A DNA stretch of 64,000 bases from Actinomycetota bacterium (GTDB lineage: Bacteria > Actinomycetota > Acidimicrobiia > Acidimicrobiales > Aldehydirespiratoraceae): the NCBI GenBank assembly GCA_039188975.1, contig JBCCYT010000001.1, positions 13,130 through 77,129 of the forward strand, written 5' to 3'. The position numbers and the translations under genes were made by a program. Shown piece by piece: positions 44,949-53,728 of this stretch; the first letter of the stretch is position 1, and every line of letters starts with the position of its first letter. The notes below the pieces were generated by a model that was given only the letters and a program-made list of their open reading frames with translations, was not told the DNA's origin and searched no databases.

Positions 44949-46066
44949 CAGCGAAAGACAGCGACCGGAGGCGGCCAGCGGTCGACATCGGGTTCGACAC
45001 CGAGGCCGGGGCCGTCGGGGACGGCGACCGAACCACCGACGGGCATGACTGCTGGGGTGCGGCACGGGTAGGCCGGCTCCTGATACGGATACGAAATCCA
45101 GGTGCCCTCGTAGACGTGGTCAGGAACAGTGGCACCCATGTGGACGGTGGCGGCGGCGGTGAGGTCGCCGCCCCACGTGTCGTCGATGGTCAACGGCACG
45201 CTGTGCTCGGCACAGAGGTCGCGTACGAGCCGAAGCGGCGTGATCCCTCCGATGCGGGACAGTTTCATACCGAACCCCTGCGCGACGCCCTCGGCGATCG
45301 CACGGGTGACGGTGGGGACGTCGACGGTGGACTCGTCGAGAAAGAGTGGGTGGTTGAGTTTGTCGGCGATTCGGCGGTGTTCGTCGTAGGTCCGGCAGGG
45401 TTGCTCGATCGTGAGGGGCACAGATCGACACGCGATCGAGAACTCGAGAGTGTCGCGCATCGTCCATCCCCGATTCGGGTCGACCAGGAGGCGCGTCGTG
45501 GGGGAGAGGGCATCGGCGACAGCGAGCACGGTGTCGATGTCGTCGGCCAGTGGACGGCCGCCGGCCTTGACCTGGATGCGTCGGTAGCCCTCGGCCTCGC
45601 GTTTGGCGGCGGCTGCGGCGGTGCGCTCGACGGTGTCGGGCATGACGCCGTAGTAGGACGGGACCGACGGGCGGACCGCGCCGCCGAGGAGGTCGCACAA
45701 TCGCTCGTCGTAGTGTTTCGCGGCAAGGTCCCAGCAGGCGACGTCCACTGCTGCTTTTGCGTATCGGTGCCCGTGAAGGGCGGTGTCCATCGCTCGGTAG
45801 ACGAGACTGGAACGGCGAGGATCAGCACCGATCAGCACCGGTGCGATCTCGGCGATGGCGGCTCGAGCACCGAGCGCATGTTGTTCTTGATAGGTCGGGC
45901 CGAGCGGGGTTGTCTCGCCGAAGCCTCGAAGACCGGTGTCGGTGATGACTTCGACCACCGTCGAGTCGAGTCCGGAGACCTCGCTGGTGGACATCTGGTA
46001 CATCCCATCGGCGACGACGATGTCGTGCTGGTGCACCCGGATCTCGGCGATCTGCATGGCCCGCAT
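44948..46066 (-). CDS. enolase-superfamily enzyme (mandelate racemase/muconate lactonizing family)
   Basis: ORF 44948-46066. Motif IQVKAGGRP and metal-ligand strands LLVDPNRGW, LTIEQPC and LFLDEST. Confidence 0.85.
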   Translation of the reverse strand: MRAMQIAEIRVHQHDIVVADGMYQMSTSEVSGLDSTVVEVITDTGLRGFGETTPLGPTYQEQHALGARAAIAEIAPVLIGADPRRSSLVYRAMDTALHGHRYAKAAVDVACWDLAAKHYDERLCDLLGGAVRPSVPSYYGVMPDTVERTAAAAAKREAEGYRRIQVKAGGRPLADDIDTVLAVADALSPTTRLLVDPNRGWTMRDTLEFSIACRSVPLTIEQPCRTYDEHRRIADKLNHPLFLDESTVDVPTVTRAIAEGVAQGFGMKLSRIGGITPLRLVRDLCAEHSVPLTIDDTWGGDLTAAATVHMGATVPDHVYEGTWISYPYQEPAYPCRTPAVMPVGGSVAVPDGPGLGVEPDVDRWPPPVAVFR

Positions 46067-46077
46067 GGTGCCTCAGA

Positions 46078-46740
46078 TCAGTGTCGGTGGGCGAGCCGAT
46101 CCTGCCGGGTGATTGCGTCGGACCACCAGACCCCATTTGGCCCGTCGGGAATGTGGCGATAGGTGAGACTCATGCGAGGTGGTGCGCTGCGCATCTTCGG
46201 GACCGCATGCTCCCAGGCGTGCTGGCACGCGCCGCCCATGACCAGCAGATCGCCCGAGTTGAGCACGAACCGATGGCTGGGCGCGTCGCCTTGCATCGGC
46301 CGCAGCGAGAATCGTCGTGGACCGCCGAGCGACACGATCGCAACGATCGGATCGACCTCGTGCATGCCGATGCGGTCGGCGTGCCAGGCGACCGAGTCGT
46401 CGCCGTTGCGGTAGTAGTTGACGAAGCCACACGTCAGGCCCTCGCCGTAACGGGCTTCGAGGGCGGCGGGAATCTCGGCCAGAATGCGACGCCGAGCGAC
46501 CTGTTGGGGGTCGATGGTGGCGTGAAGCCGCGGCTCATCGACCAGCTTGCCGTACATCGGCCGGCGGCCCGCTCGCCAGGGCAGCGTCTCGGCCAGGTCG
46601 GCGAGCAGGTCATCAGCCCCGGCCAGCCACCCGTCGGCATGGTCGACCCAGCACAGCTCGTCGAGGTGGTGGCGAGTGACCCACCGGTCGGTGACCGATG
46701 GCTCGCCGAGCGCAAAGAGCGTGGTCTGGTACGCGTGCAC
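46078..46740 (-). CDS. alkB: Fe(II)/2-oxoglutarate-dependent dioxygenase, AlkB-like
   Basis: ORF 46078-46740. Motif NYYRNGDDSVAWHADR (HxD) and a distal WEHAVP. Confidence 0.8.
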   Translation of the reverse strand: MHAYQTTLFALGEPSVTDRWVTRHHLDELCWVDHADGWLAGADDLLADLAETLPWRAGRRPMYGKLVDEPRLHATIDPQQVARRRILAEIPAALEARYGEGLTCGFVNYYRNGDDSVAWHADRIGMHEVDPIVAIVSLGGPRRFSLRPMQGDAPSHRFVLNSGDLLVMGGACQHAWEHAVPKMRSAPPRMSLTYRHIPDGPNGVWWSDAITRQDRLAHRH

Positions 46741-46782
46741 CCCACCAGACTAGCGAACAGATGTTCGCTTCGCCAGGGTGGC

Positions 46783-47754
46783 TCAGACGCGGCTGGACGC
46801 CACGAAGTGGCCGGGCGACACTTCGGTCAACGCCGAGTCGGACTCGCTGTAGTCGAAGTCCTCTTCCATGATCTCGCGAGTCCGGGTCTTCTCGACATCG
46901 GGATCGGGGATCGGCACCGCCGACAGCAACACCTTGGTGTAGGGGTGGACGGGGTTCTCGTACAGCTCTTCGGTCTCGGCGAGTTCGACGATCTTGCCCT
47001 TGAACATCACCGCCACTCGGTCACAGAGGTACCGAATCATGCTGAGGTCGTGAGCGATGAACAGGTAGGTGAGGTTGAGCTCGTCCTGGAGATCCTTCAA
47101 CAGGTTGACGACCTGAGCCTGGATCGACACGTCGAGGGCCGAGATCGGCTCGTCGGCGATGATGAACTCGGGCTCGGCCGCAAGCGCCCGGGCGATGCCG
47201 ATCCGCTGACGCTGCCCGCCAGAGAACTCATGGGGGTACCGGTTGACGAAGCGGCGGTTGAGGCCGACGAGCTCGAGCAAGTCCTCGATGCGGTTCTGGA
47301 ACGCCTCTTTGGGGATCGGCTGATGAACCTGCAGCGCTTCCTCGACGCTGCGCCCCACGGTCATACGGGGATTGAGGCAGGCGGCGGGATCCTGAAAGAT
47401 CATCTGCATGTGGCGCCGCATCTCGCGCAACGGCCGGCCGGTCAACCCGACGATTTCCTGGTTGCGGAACTGGATCGAGCCCGACGTCGGTTCATAGAGG
47501 CGAAGCAGGGTCCGCCCGGTGGTGCTCTTGCCGCTGCCGGACTCGCCGACGAGGCCGAGGGTTTCGCCCGGGTAGATGTTGAACGAGACGTCGTCGACGG
47601 CCTTGACGGCCCCGACCTGGCGCTGAAACAAGATGCCCTGCGTGATCGGGAAGTGCTTCACCAGATTGGTGACCTTCAGCAGCGGTTGTGGCGGAGCGAT
47701 CGGGGGTGCGGCAAGCGAGCTGCCGCCGGCGTCAGGGGTGGGAGTGTCAGACAT
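46783..47754 (-). CDS. ABC ATP-binding protein, oligopeptide/dipeptide OppF/DppF type
   Basis: Walker A GLVGESGSGKST, signature FSGGQRQRIGIARAL, Walker B FIIADEPISALD, and the Opp-type C-terminal domain (HPYTKVLLSAVP). Confidence 0.88.
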   Translation of the reverse strand: MSDTPTPDAGGSSLAAPPIAPPQPLLKVTNLVKHFPITQGILFQRQVGAVKAVDDVSFNIYPGETLGLVGESGSGKSTTGRTLLRLYEPTSGSIQFRNQEIVGLTGRPLREMRRHMQMIFQDPAACLNPRMTVGRSVEEALQVHQPIPKEAFQNRIEDLLELVGLNRRFVNRYPHEFSGGQRQRIGIARALAAEPEFIIADEPISALDVSIQAQVVNLLKDLQDELNLTYLFIAHDLSMIRYLCDRVAVMFKGKIVELAETEELYENPVHPYTKVLLSAVPIPDPDVEKTRTREIMEEDFDYSESDSALTEVSPGHFVASSRV

Positions 47755-48742
47755 TGGCTGTTACCGCCGGGAGGTCGTACCAGGCCGCAGCCAGGTGTTC
47801 GGGATGGCCGCCGTCGACCGGCTTGAGTTCCGGCCGCTCCTCGAAGCACTTCTGGGTGGCGTACGGGTTGCGAGGGGCAAACGGGTCGCCGACGGGCGGT
47901 GCCACCAGGTTCGGTGGGGCACCCGGGATCGGAATGAGGCGCTCCGTGCCACCGTCAGAGCGGGGCAGGGAGTTGAGCAGGCCCAGCGTGTAGGCGTTGC
48001 GCGTGTCCTTGAAGACGTTGTGGGTCGGGCCGCGCTCCATGATCATGCCGCCGTACATGACCTGGATGGTGTCAGCAATGCCGGCGACCACCCCGAGGTC
48101 GTGGGTGATCCAGATCAGCGACATGCCGAGTTCGTCACGCAGCTTCGTCATCAGGTCGACGATCTGGGCCTGGATCGTCACGTCGAGGGCGGTCGTGGGT
48201 TCGTCGGCGATGAGCAACTTGGGGTCGCATGACAACGCCATGGCGATCATCGCTCGCTGGCGCATGCCACCGGAGAATTGGTGGGGGTAATCGTCGACTC
48301 GTCGGCGGGCGTCGACGATGCCGACCAAATCGAGCAGCTCGATGGTGCGCTCCTGGGCTTGGCGCTTGTTGAGCCCCATGTGGAGTTGGATCATCTCGCG
48401 AATCTGTTTGCCGACGCTGAGCACCGGGTTGAGCGCCGTCATCGGGTCCTGGAAGACCATGGCGACCTTGCCGCCCCGGACCCGGCGGAGCTCTTCAGGT
48501 GTCATGGCGAGGAGGTCCTCGCCGTCGAAGATGACTTCGCCGCTCTCGATCCGGCCGGGAGGCATCGGGATCAGGCCCAGCATGGAGAGCACGTGCACGC
48601 TCTTGCCTGAGCCGCTTTCGCCGACGATGCCGAGCGTTTCACGCTCTGCGAGGTCGTAGGTGACTCCGTTGACGGCGTGAACGACACCGTCTTGTGTGTC
48701 GAAACGAACCACGAGATCTTTGACCTGCAGGATGGGCGCCAC
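47747..48742 (-). CDS. ABC ATP-binding protein, oligopeptide/dipeptide OppD/DppD type
   Basis: GTG start at 48742. Walker A GIVGESGSGKSV, signature FSGGMRQRAMIAMAL, Walker B LLIADEPTTALD, and the Opp-type C-terminal domain. 8-nt overlap with the downstream ATPase gene. Confidence 0.88.
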   Translation of the reverse strand: MAPILQVKDLVVRFDTQDGVVHAVNGVTYDLAERETLGIVGESGSGKSVHVLSMLGLIPMPPGRIESGEVIFDGEDLLAMTPEELRRVRGGKVAMVFQDPMTALNPVLSVGKQIREMIQLHMGLNKRQAQERTIELLDLVGIVDARRRVDDYPHQFSGGMRQRAMIAMALSCDPKLLIADEPTTALDVTIQAQIVDLMTKLRDELGMSLIWITHDLGVVAGIADTIQVMYGGMIMERGPTHNVFKDTRNAYTLGLLNSLPRSDGGTERLIPIPGAPPNLVAPPVGDPFAPRNPYATQKCFEERPELKPVDGGHPEHLAAAWYDLPAVTANV

Positions 48743-48887
48743 GCGGCGGCTCCTTTGCTCGACGAGGGCTGGGACGGATCTCAGCGCTGAAGGTCGGGAT
48801 GGTAGCGCACCGGTTGGGGGTGGGAAACCACCGGGTCAGGTCGTCGAGAGGTACGATCGCCGCACTGCGGGCGCAGGAAGGCCAGGG

Positions 48888-50411
48888 GTGCTGTTTCCCA
48901 CGTTCACGTTTGCGGTGTTCTTCGCCGTGGTGTTGCCGGCGAGCTGGATGTTGCGCCGGCGGCCGGTCGCGTGGAAGACCCTCGTGCTGGCGGCGTCCTA
49001 CGTCTTCTACGGCTATTGGGACTGGCGTTTTCTGGGACTGCTGGCGGCGATGACGCTCGTGAACGAGGTGGCCGCGGTCGGCGTGTTCCGAGCGGTCGAC
49101 CCTGCGGCAAAGCGTCGGCTGGTGACGGCGGCGGTCGTGTTCGACATCGGTGTTCTTGCCTTGTTCAAGTACTACGGGTTCTTCGTGTCGAGCCTCGAGG
49201 ACGCCTTTGGGTGGGAGGGACCGGCGCTCGAGATCGTCTTGCCGGTCGGCATCTCGTTCTTCACCTTCCAAGCGATCAGTTATGTCGTCGATGTCCATCG
49301 GGGTGAGGTGACGCCGGCACCTCTGCTCGACTTCGCCGTCTACCTGTCGTTCTTTACCCAGCTGGTGGCCGGTCCAATCGTGCGAGCGACCGAGTTCTTG
49401 CCCGAGCTTCGGGCGGGGCGAGACCCGGACCGGGTCGAGATGGGTCGGGCGGTGTTGCTGATCGGTCGAGGGTTGTTCAAGAAGGTCGTGGTCGCCGATT
49501 TCCTCGGCCGGGCGATCGTGAACGATGCGTTTGGAACGCCGGGTGAACAGAGCGCAATCGACGTCTTGTTCGGGATCTACGGCTATGCGATCCAGATCTA
49601 CGCTGATTTCTCTGGCTACACCGACATGGCGATCGGCCTCGCACTGTTGCTCGGCTTTCGGTTCCCGCAGAACTTCGACCGTCCCTATGCGGCCGTGTCG
49701 GTGCAGGATTTCTGGCGGAGGTGGCACATGACGCTGTCCCGCTGGCTGCGCGATTACCTCTATGTGCCGCTCGGTGGCAACCGCGGCGGCCGGGTGGCGA
49801 CCTACCGAAACCTGTTGATCACCATGGGACTCGGCGGCTTGTGGCACGGCGCGGCATGGACGTTCGTCGTCTGGGGCCTGTACCAGGGTCTCGGGCTGGC
49901 GGTAGAACGAGCGATCGGCGAAGCCCGAGGCGAACCCGACGTCGAGTTCGATGCGGCAGATGTTCGAGTGCGCGAGATCGCTCGGCTCCACAGCGGCGCC
50001 GAGGTGGACGCGTGGCGAGAGGACCCCACGTCGCCGGTTCCATTCTCCCTACTCGCGGTACGCCGCCTCTGGTTGGGCCGAATCATCACCTTCCATGTCG
50101 TCTGCGTCGGCTGGGTGGTCTTCTACGCCGGGACGGTGCCGGGCGGGGGGCTCGACACTGCGTTCGACGTGTTCGCGGCGTTGGGGCGGGGATGGACCGA
50201 TGCTCCGTCGTTGCTCAATCCGCTCGTGATCGCCGTGATCGTGGGGTCGCTGGTTGCGCAGTACGTCCCGCCGCTGCTCGCTCGCCAACTCTCCGTGATG
50301 TTCTCGACGATCCGTCCTTCCGTGGTGGCGATCGGCTTCGCTGTATGGATCATGATCGTCGTCGCGCTCGGACCAGAGGGTGTCTCGGAGTTCATCTACT
50401 TCCAGTTCTGA
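48888..50411 (+). CDS. MBOAT-family membrane-bound O-acyltransferase (AlgI/DltB/PatA-like)
   Basis: 3' part of ORF 48696-50411, from GTG 48888 (VLFPTFTFAVFF). Polytopic. Conserved His region FWRRWHMTLSRWLRDYLYVPLGGNRGG. Confidence 0.88.
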   Translation: MLFPTFTFAVFFAVVLPASWMLRRRPVAWKTLVLAASYVFYGYWDWRFLGLLAAMTLVNEVAAVGVFRAVDPAAKRRLVTAAVVFDIGVLALFKYYGFFVSSLEDAFGWEGPALEIVLPVGISFFTFQAISYVVDVHRGEVTPAPLLDFAVYLSFFTQLVAGPIVRATEFLPELRAGRDPDRVEMGRAVLLIGRGLFKKVVVADFLGRAIVNDAFGTPGEQSAIDVLFGIYGYAIQIYADFSGYTDMAIGLALLLGFRFPQNFDRPYAAVSVQDFWRRWHMTLSRWLRDYLYVPLGGNRGGRVATYRNLLITMGLGGLWHGAAWTFVVWGLYQGLGLAVERAIGEARGEPDVEFDAADVRVREIARLHSGAEVDAWREDPTSPVPFSLLAVRRLWLGRIITFHVVCVGWVVFYAGTVPGGGLDTAFDVFAALGRGWTDAPSLLNPLVIAVIVGSLVAQYVPPLLARQLSVMFSTIRPSVVAIGFAVWIMIVVALGPEGVSEFIYFQF

Positions 50412-50413
50412 CC

Positions 50414-51556
50414 ATGGCCTCCCCTCCACCCGACCAGCCAGGAACCGACGAGACACCACTGGCGTCGCTCGCGCGGGCGGTGCGCCAACGCGAACGGGGC
50501 GAAACCTGGAGCGATGAGCAGTTCCAAGCAGCTCGTGAAGAGGACCTGACCGAGCGAACCCAGCCGGTGCGAGCGATGGTGTTGGCCGTCGTGGGCTGCC
50601 TTGCGCTCGCCACACTTCTGACGTCGGGGAAGTTGGTCGAGATCGCCGAACGACAGGAGTTCGGTCCGTGCCGGGACCGCAATCTCGATGCCGCCAACGC
50701 TGTCGATCGATTTGCCAACTTCTTGTCGCTCAACCGGCCCTACGACGCCCTGCAGGACGTGCGCGACGCCAACAACGACCGAACCCAACCGGTGGTGGCC
50801 GTGCCATCGACGACCACGACGACCACCGTAGCGGCGGCGCCGTCCACCACCGCCGGGGTCACCACGACGACAACCACGACCACAACCACCACGACGACGC
50901 TGCCGCCCGCCCGCCTGGTGTCGGCTGATGAGCCATTGCGCGTCTATGTCACGGGTGACAGCCAGGCCACCTATCTCGGGCAGGCGGTCACGACCGAGGG
51001 AGGGGAGCGGCGCCTGGACGTGGTCGTCGATGACCGGATCTCGACCAGCCTGGCCCGACCCGACTATTTCGACTGGCCAACCCAATGGGCTTCGGTGATG
51101 GCCGAGCAGGATCCCGAAGTCGTCGTGGTGTTCCTCGGTGCCAATGATCACCAAGACATGGCGACTGCCGCCGGCGAACGACTGGTGGAGGGCAGCGATG
51201 CTTGGCAAGAAGAGTGGCGCCGGCGCCTCAGCGCCGCCCTCGATGTGTTGACCAGCGACGGACGAACGGTGCTGTGGGTGACCCAGCCACCCATGCGTGA
51301 TGGGGAGCTCGACGACGGCATCGACGTGATCAACGACCTGGTCGCCGACGTGACGGCCGACCGGCCACTCGTGCAGCTCGTGGACATCTGGCCGCTCTTC
51401 GGCGGCGCAGACGGCTACGCCGAGCGGTTGGCCGGACCGGACGGCGAGACGATCACCGCACGCGTCTCCGACGGCGTGCACATCACCCGATCGGCCTCGT
51501 CGTGGGTGGCTGACTTGGTCTTTGCCTCGGTCGACGAACGGTGGACGTTCGGTTGA
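50414..51556 (+). CDS. membrane-anchored SGNH/GDSL hydrolase-acyltransferase family protein
   Basis: 3' part of ORF 49721-51556. ATG 50414 lies 2 nt after the MBOAT stop. Single TM AMVLAVVGCLALATLLTS, Thr-rich linker (about 50807-50899), block I RVYVTGDSQATYLG, and block V SDGVHIT. Confidence 0.75.
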   Translation: MASPPPDQPGTDETPLASLARAVRQRERGETWSDEQFQAAREEDLTERTQPVRAMVLAVVGCLALATLLTSGKLVEIAERQEFGPCRDRNLDAANAVDRFANFLSLNRPYDALQDVRDANNDRTQPVVAVPSTTTTTTVAAAPSTTAGVTTTTTTTTTTTTTLPPARLVSADEPLRVYVTGDSQATYLGQAVTTEGGERRLDVVVDDRISTSLARPDYFDWPTQWASVMAEQDPEVVVVFLGANDHQDMATAAGERLVEGSDAWQEEWRRRLSAALDVLTSDGRTVLWVTQPPMRDGELDDGIDVINDLVADVTADRPLVQLVDIWPLFGGADGYAERLAGPDGETITARVSDGVHITRSASSWVADLVFASVDERWTFG

Positions 51557-51562
51557 GCCGAG

Positions 51563-52108
51563 TCAGTTGACCCAGGGTTCCTCGGGGTAGTTGGCAAGGA
51601 GCCGGAGCTCACCGGCTTGCCGGCCGAGCACTCCCCACCACAGCTGTGTCGGGTCGGGATCGAGCAGGTCGCTCTCGGCCGCATCGACGACGAACCAGGC
51701 TTCGTCGAACAGTTCGGCGTCGAGCTGTCCCGGAGCCCACGATGCGTAGCCGGCGAACAGGCGCACGCCCTGCAGTGCAACGAGGTCACCGGGATCCGTG
51801 TCGAGGTCGATCGTTCCGATCCCGGCGCTGATCGGGTTGAAACCGTCGGTCAGGCGGTCATCGGAGGCGACGCCGAGCGCGATCACCGATGACAGTGCCA
51901 CGGGGCCGCCGCGGTAGATCATCGCTGGTGTCGAGGCGTGCTCAGCCCATCGGTCGAACATCTCCTTTGCCGGCAACTCGCTCGGTCGGGACAACACCAC
52001 ACCGAGCGCGCCTTCGTCGCCGTGCTCGAGCATGTAGACGACCGTGAACGCGAAGTTCGGGTCGGTGAGCACGGGGCTGGCGACGAGGTGTCGGCCGCGG
52101 GTGGACAT
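51563..52108 (-). CDS. YqgE/AlgH family protein (UPF0301)
   Basis: ORF 51563-52108. Family N-terminus LVASPVLTDPNFAFTVVYMLEHGDEGALGVVLSRP. Confidence 0.8.
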   Translation of the reverse strand: MSTRGRHLVASPVLTDPNFAFTVVYMLEHGDEGALGVVLSRPSELPAKEMFDRWAEHASTPAMIYRGGPVALSSVIALGVASDDRLTDGFNPISAGIGTIDLDTDPGDLVALQGVRLFAGYASWAPGQLDAELFDEAWFVVDAAESDLLDPDPTQLWWGVLGRQAGELRLLANYPEEPWVN

Positions 52109-52140
52109 GCCCCATCATCGCGTGTGTCACGATCGGTTCC

Positions 52141-52938
52141 GTGTTGCCACCGGTTGTTCTCGCCATCGCCGCCCATGACCCGCTCGGTGGGGCGGGGCTG
52201 GCGGCCGACCTGACGACGTTTGCAGCGCTGGGTGTGCATGGGACCGTTGCGGTCACGGCGGTGACCGCGCAGCATCTCGACCGCGTCGACCGGGTTGAAC
52301 CCATCGCGGCTGATCTCGTCGCCGCTCAGATCGATGCGATTGCAGACTCGTTCCCAATCGCAGCGGTGAAGACGGGCTTGCTCGGCTCGGCTGAGATCGT
52401 CGAGTTGGTCGCCGACCGCGTCGAGTCGGGTGTCCTTCCTGCCCCTGTGGTCGACCCGGTGCTGGTCGACGGGCGAGGCAACCGCTTCGTCGGCTCTGAC
52501 ATCGAGCGGGCCTATCGAGCACGGTTGATTCCGTCGGCTGCAGTGCTGACCCCGAACCTCGGTGAGGCCTCGCTTCTCGTCGGCCACGGGCTCGATGGCG
52601 CCGACGCAGTCGAATCGTGTGCGGGGGAGCTCGCCGCGCTCGGTGCCGGGCACGTCGTCGTGACGGGTGGCGCCGACCGGTCGGCCCACGCAGTCGATGT
52701 CGTCGTCGGGTCCGACGGTTCGGTCGACCGGCTGGTGAACGACTGGATCCCGACGCCACATGTCCGTGGCTCGGGCTGCACGTTTGCAGCCGCAACCACC
52801 GCCCGGTTGGCGAACGGGCAGTCCGCCGTCGACGCGATCTCCGACGCCAAGCGCTTCGTGGTCGAGCGGCTACGCCAGTCGACCTGGGACGACCTTTCGG
52901 GGGCCGGCCCGGTCGCTCATTGGCGGGCGGGGGACTGA
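52141..52938 (+). CDS. thiD: hydroxymethylpyrimidine/phosphomethylpyrimidine kinase
   Basis: ORF 52141-52938 (GTG start). Motifs VLAIAAHDPLGGAGLAADL, KTGLLGS and GSGCTFAAATTARLA. Confidence 0.85.
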   Translation: MLPPVVLAIAAHDPLGGAGLAADLTTFAALGVHGTVAVTAVTAQHLDRVDRVEPIAADLVAAQIDAIADSFPIAAVKTGLLGSAEIVELVADRVESGVLPAPVVDPVLVDGRGNRFVGSDIERAYRARLIPSAAVLTPNLGEASLLVGHGLDGADAVESCAGELAALGAGHVVVTGGADRSAHAVDVVVGSDGSVDRLVNDWIPTPHVRGSGCTFAAATTARLANGQSAVDAISDAKRFVVERLRQSTWDDLSGAGPVAHWRAGD

Positions 52939-52972
52939 CGACGAAACCGAGGCAGCGTCCCCGGCGCGTGGA

Positions 52973-53299
52973 TCACGCCACGTGGTTCCATTCATCGCCG
53001 TAGTGGAACGTCAACTCGTCGCCGACTTCGATGTCGCACAACGCATACAACTCGGGCCCGTCGAACTCCACGTTGGGCGTACTGCTGTGATTGAGCCACT
53101 TGAGCACGCCGGTGCCGTCGATGCCGTGGAACTCGCCATCATCACCCTCGACCCACAGCACGTAGGTGTCGTCTTCGTCGCTCGGCGTGCCGGTGTAGGC
53201 CCCGATGTGGGTCCCTTCGGCGATGGGTTTCTTTGCAAACGCCCCCTTGCCGTGGATGGGTGACGTCTTTGCGGCGACGAGCTTTTCAGCTTTCGGCAT
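52973..53299 (-). CDS. minimal SET-domain protein (putative protein lysine methyltransferase)
   Basis: ORF 52973-53383. ATG 53299 follows AGAGGAAG. SET motifs HGKGAFAKKPI, LKWLNHSSTPNVEF (NHSxxPN) and GDELTFHYG. Confidence 0.75.
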   Translation of the reverse strand: MPKAEKLVAAKTSPIHGKGAFAKKPIAEGTHIGAYTGTPSDEDDTYVLWVEGDDGEFHGIDGTGVLKWLNHSSTPNVEFDGPELYALCDIEVGDELTFHYGDEWNHVA

Positions 53300-53663
53300 C
53301 GGGGACTTCCTCTGGATGGTCACGCTCCGGGTGGAGCGTGTGCAGGGTTGCGAGTTCGGTTGGTTCGCTGCGACTTCGGCCATCGGTGATCAGCGACTGG
53401 CTGACAGCCCGGCCTGCGAGATCTTCCAGGTCACCACGTGCAGGGTCGCGCAGGAACCCGTCGATCGAGACCCGATCGGGGAAACTCATGACGAGAACGG
53501 CGTCGGGTTCGGCGCCATTCGGGTCGAGCGGCGACACCCATCGTACGAGTGCACCCCGGTTGCGGGGCAGCAGTGCGGTCAAGGCGGTGATGTAGTCCTC
53601 GAAGCTGGTCTCGGCACCGGTGCTCCACAGCTGCAACGTGAGCTCGATCCGGGCCTCAGACAT
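53286..53663 (-). CDS. hypothetical protein (125 aa)
   Basis: C-terminal part of ORF 53286-53897, from ATG 53663 (MSEARIELTLQLW). It overlaps the SET gene start by 14 nt. Any resemblance to small alpha/beta-barrel (DUF1330-like) proteins is only an impression. Confidence 0.45.
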   Translation of the reverse strand: MSEARIELTLQLWSTGAETSFEDYITALTALLPRNRGALVRWVSPLDPNGAEPDAVLVMSFPDRVSIDGFLRDPARGDLEDLAGRAVSQSLITDGRSRSEPTELATLHTLHPERDHPEEVPDAES

Positions 53664-53728
53664 CGGGCGCACGCTACCGGGCCGAGATCGTGGCCTGCCG
53701 TCAATCGGCTCGTTGTTCTTCTCGGGTT

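Noticed and set aside
46783-48742. Interpreting the permease-less ATPase pair as PhnK/PhnL of a C-P lyase system
   Set aside because: No other phn genes (phnG-J, phnM and so on) are present nearby, and both proteins retain the Opp-type C-terminal domain.
52109-52140. A TPP riboswitch upstream of thiD
   Set aside because: Only 32 nt separate thiD from the divergent yqgE/algH start, which is far too short for a THI-box aptamer. No THI-box-like CTGAGA...ACCTGA pattern is visible.
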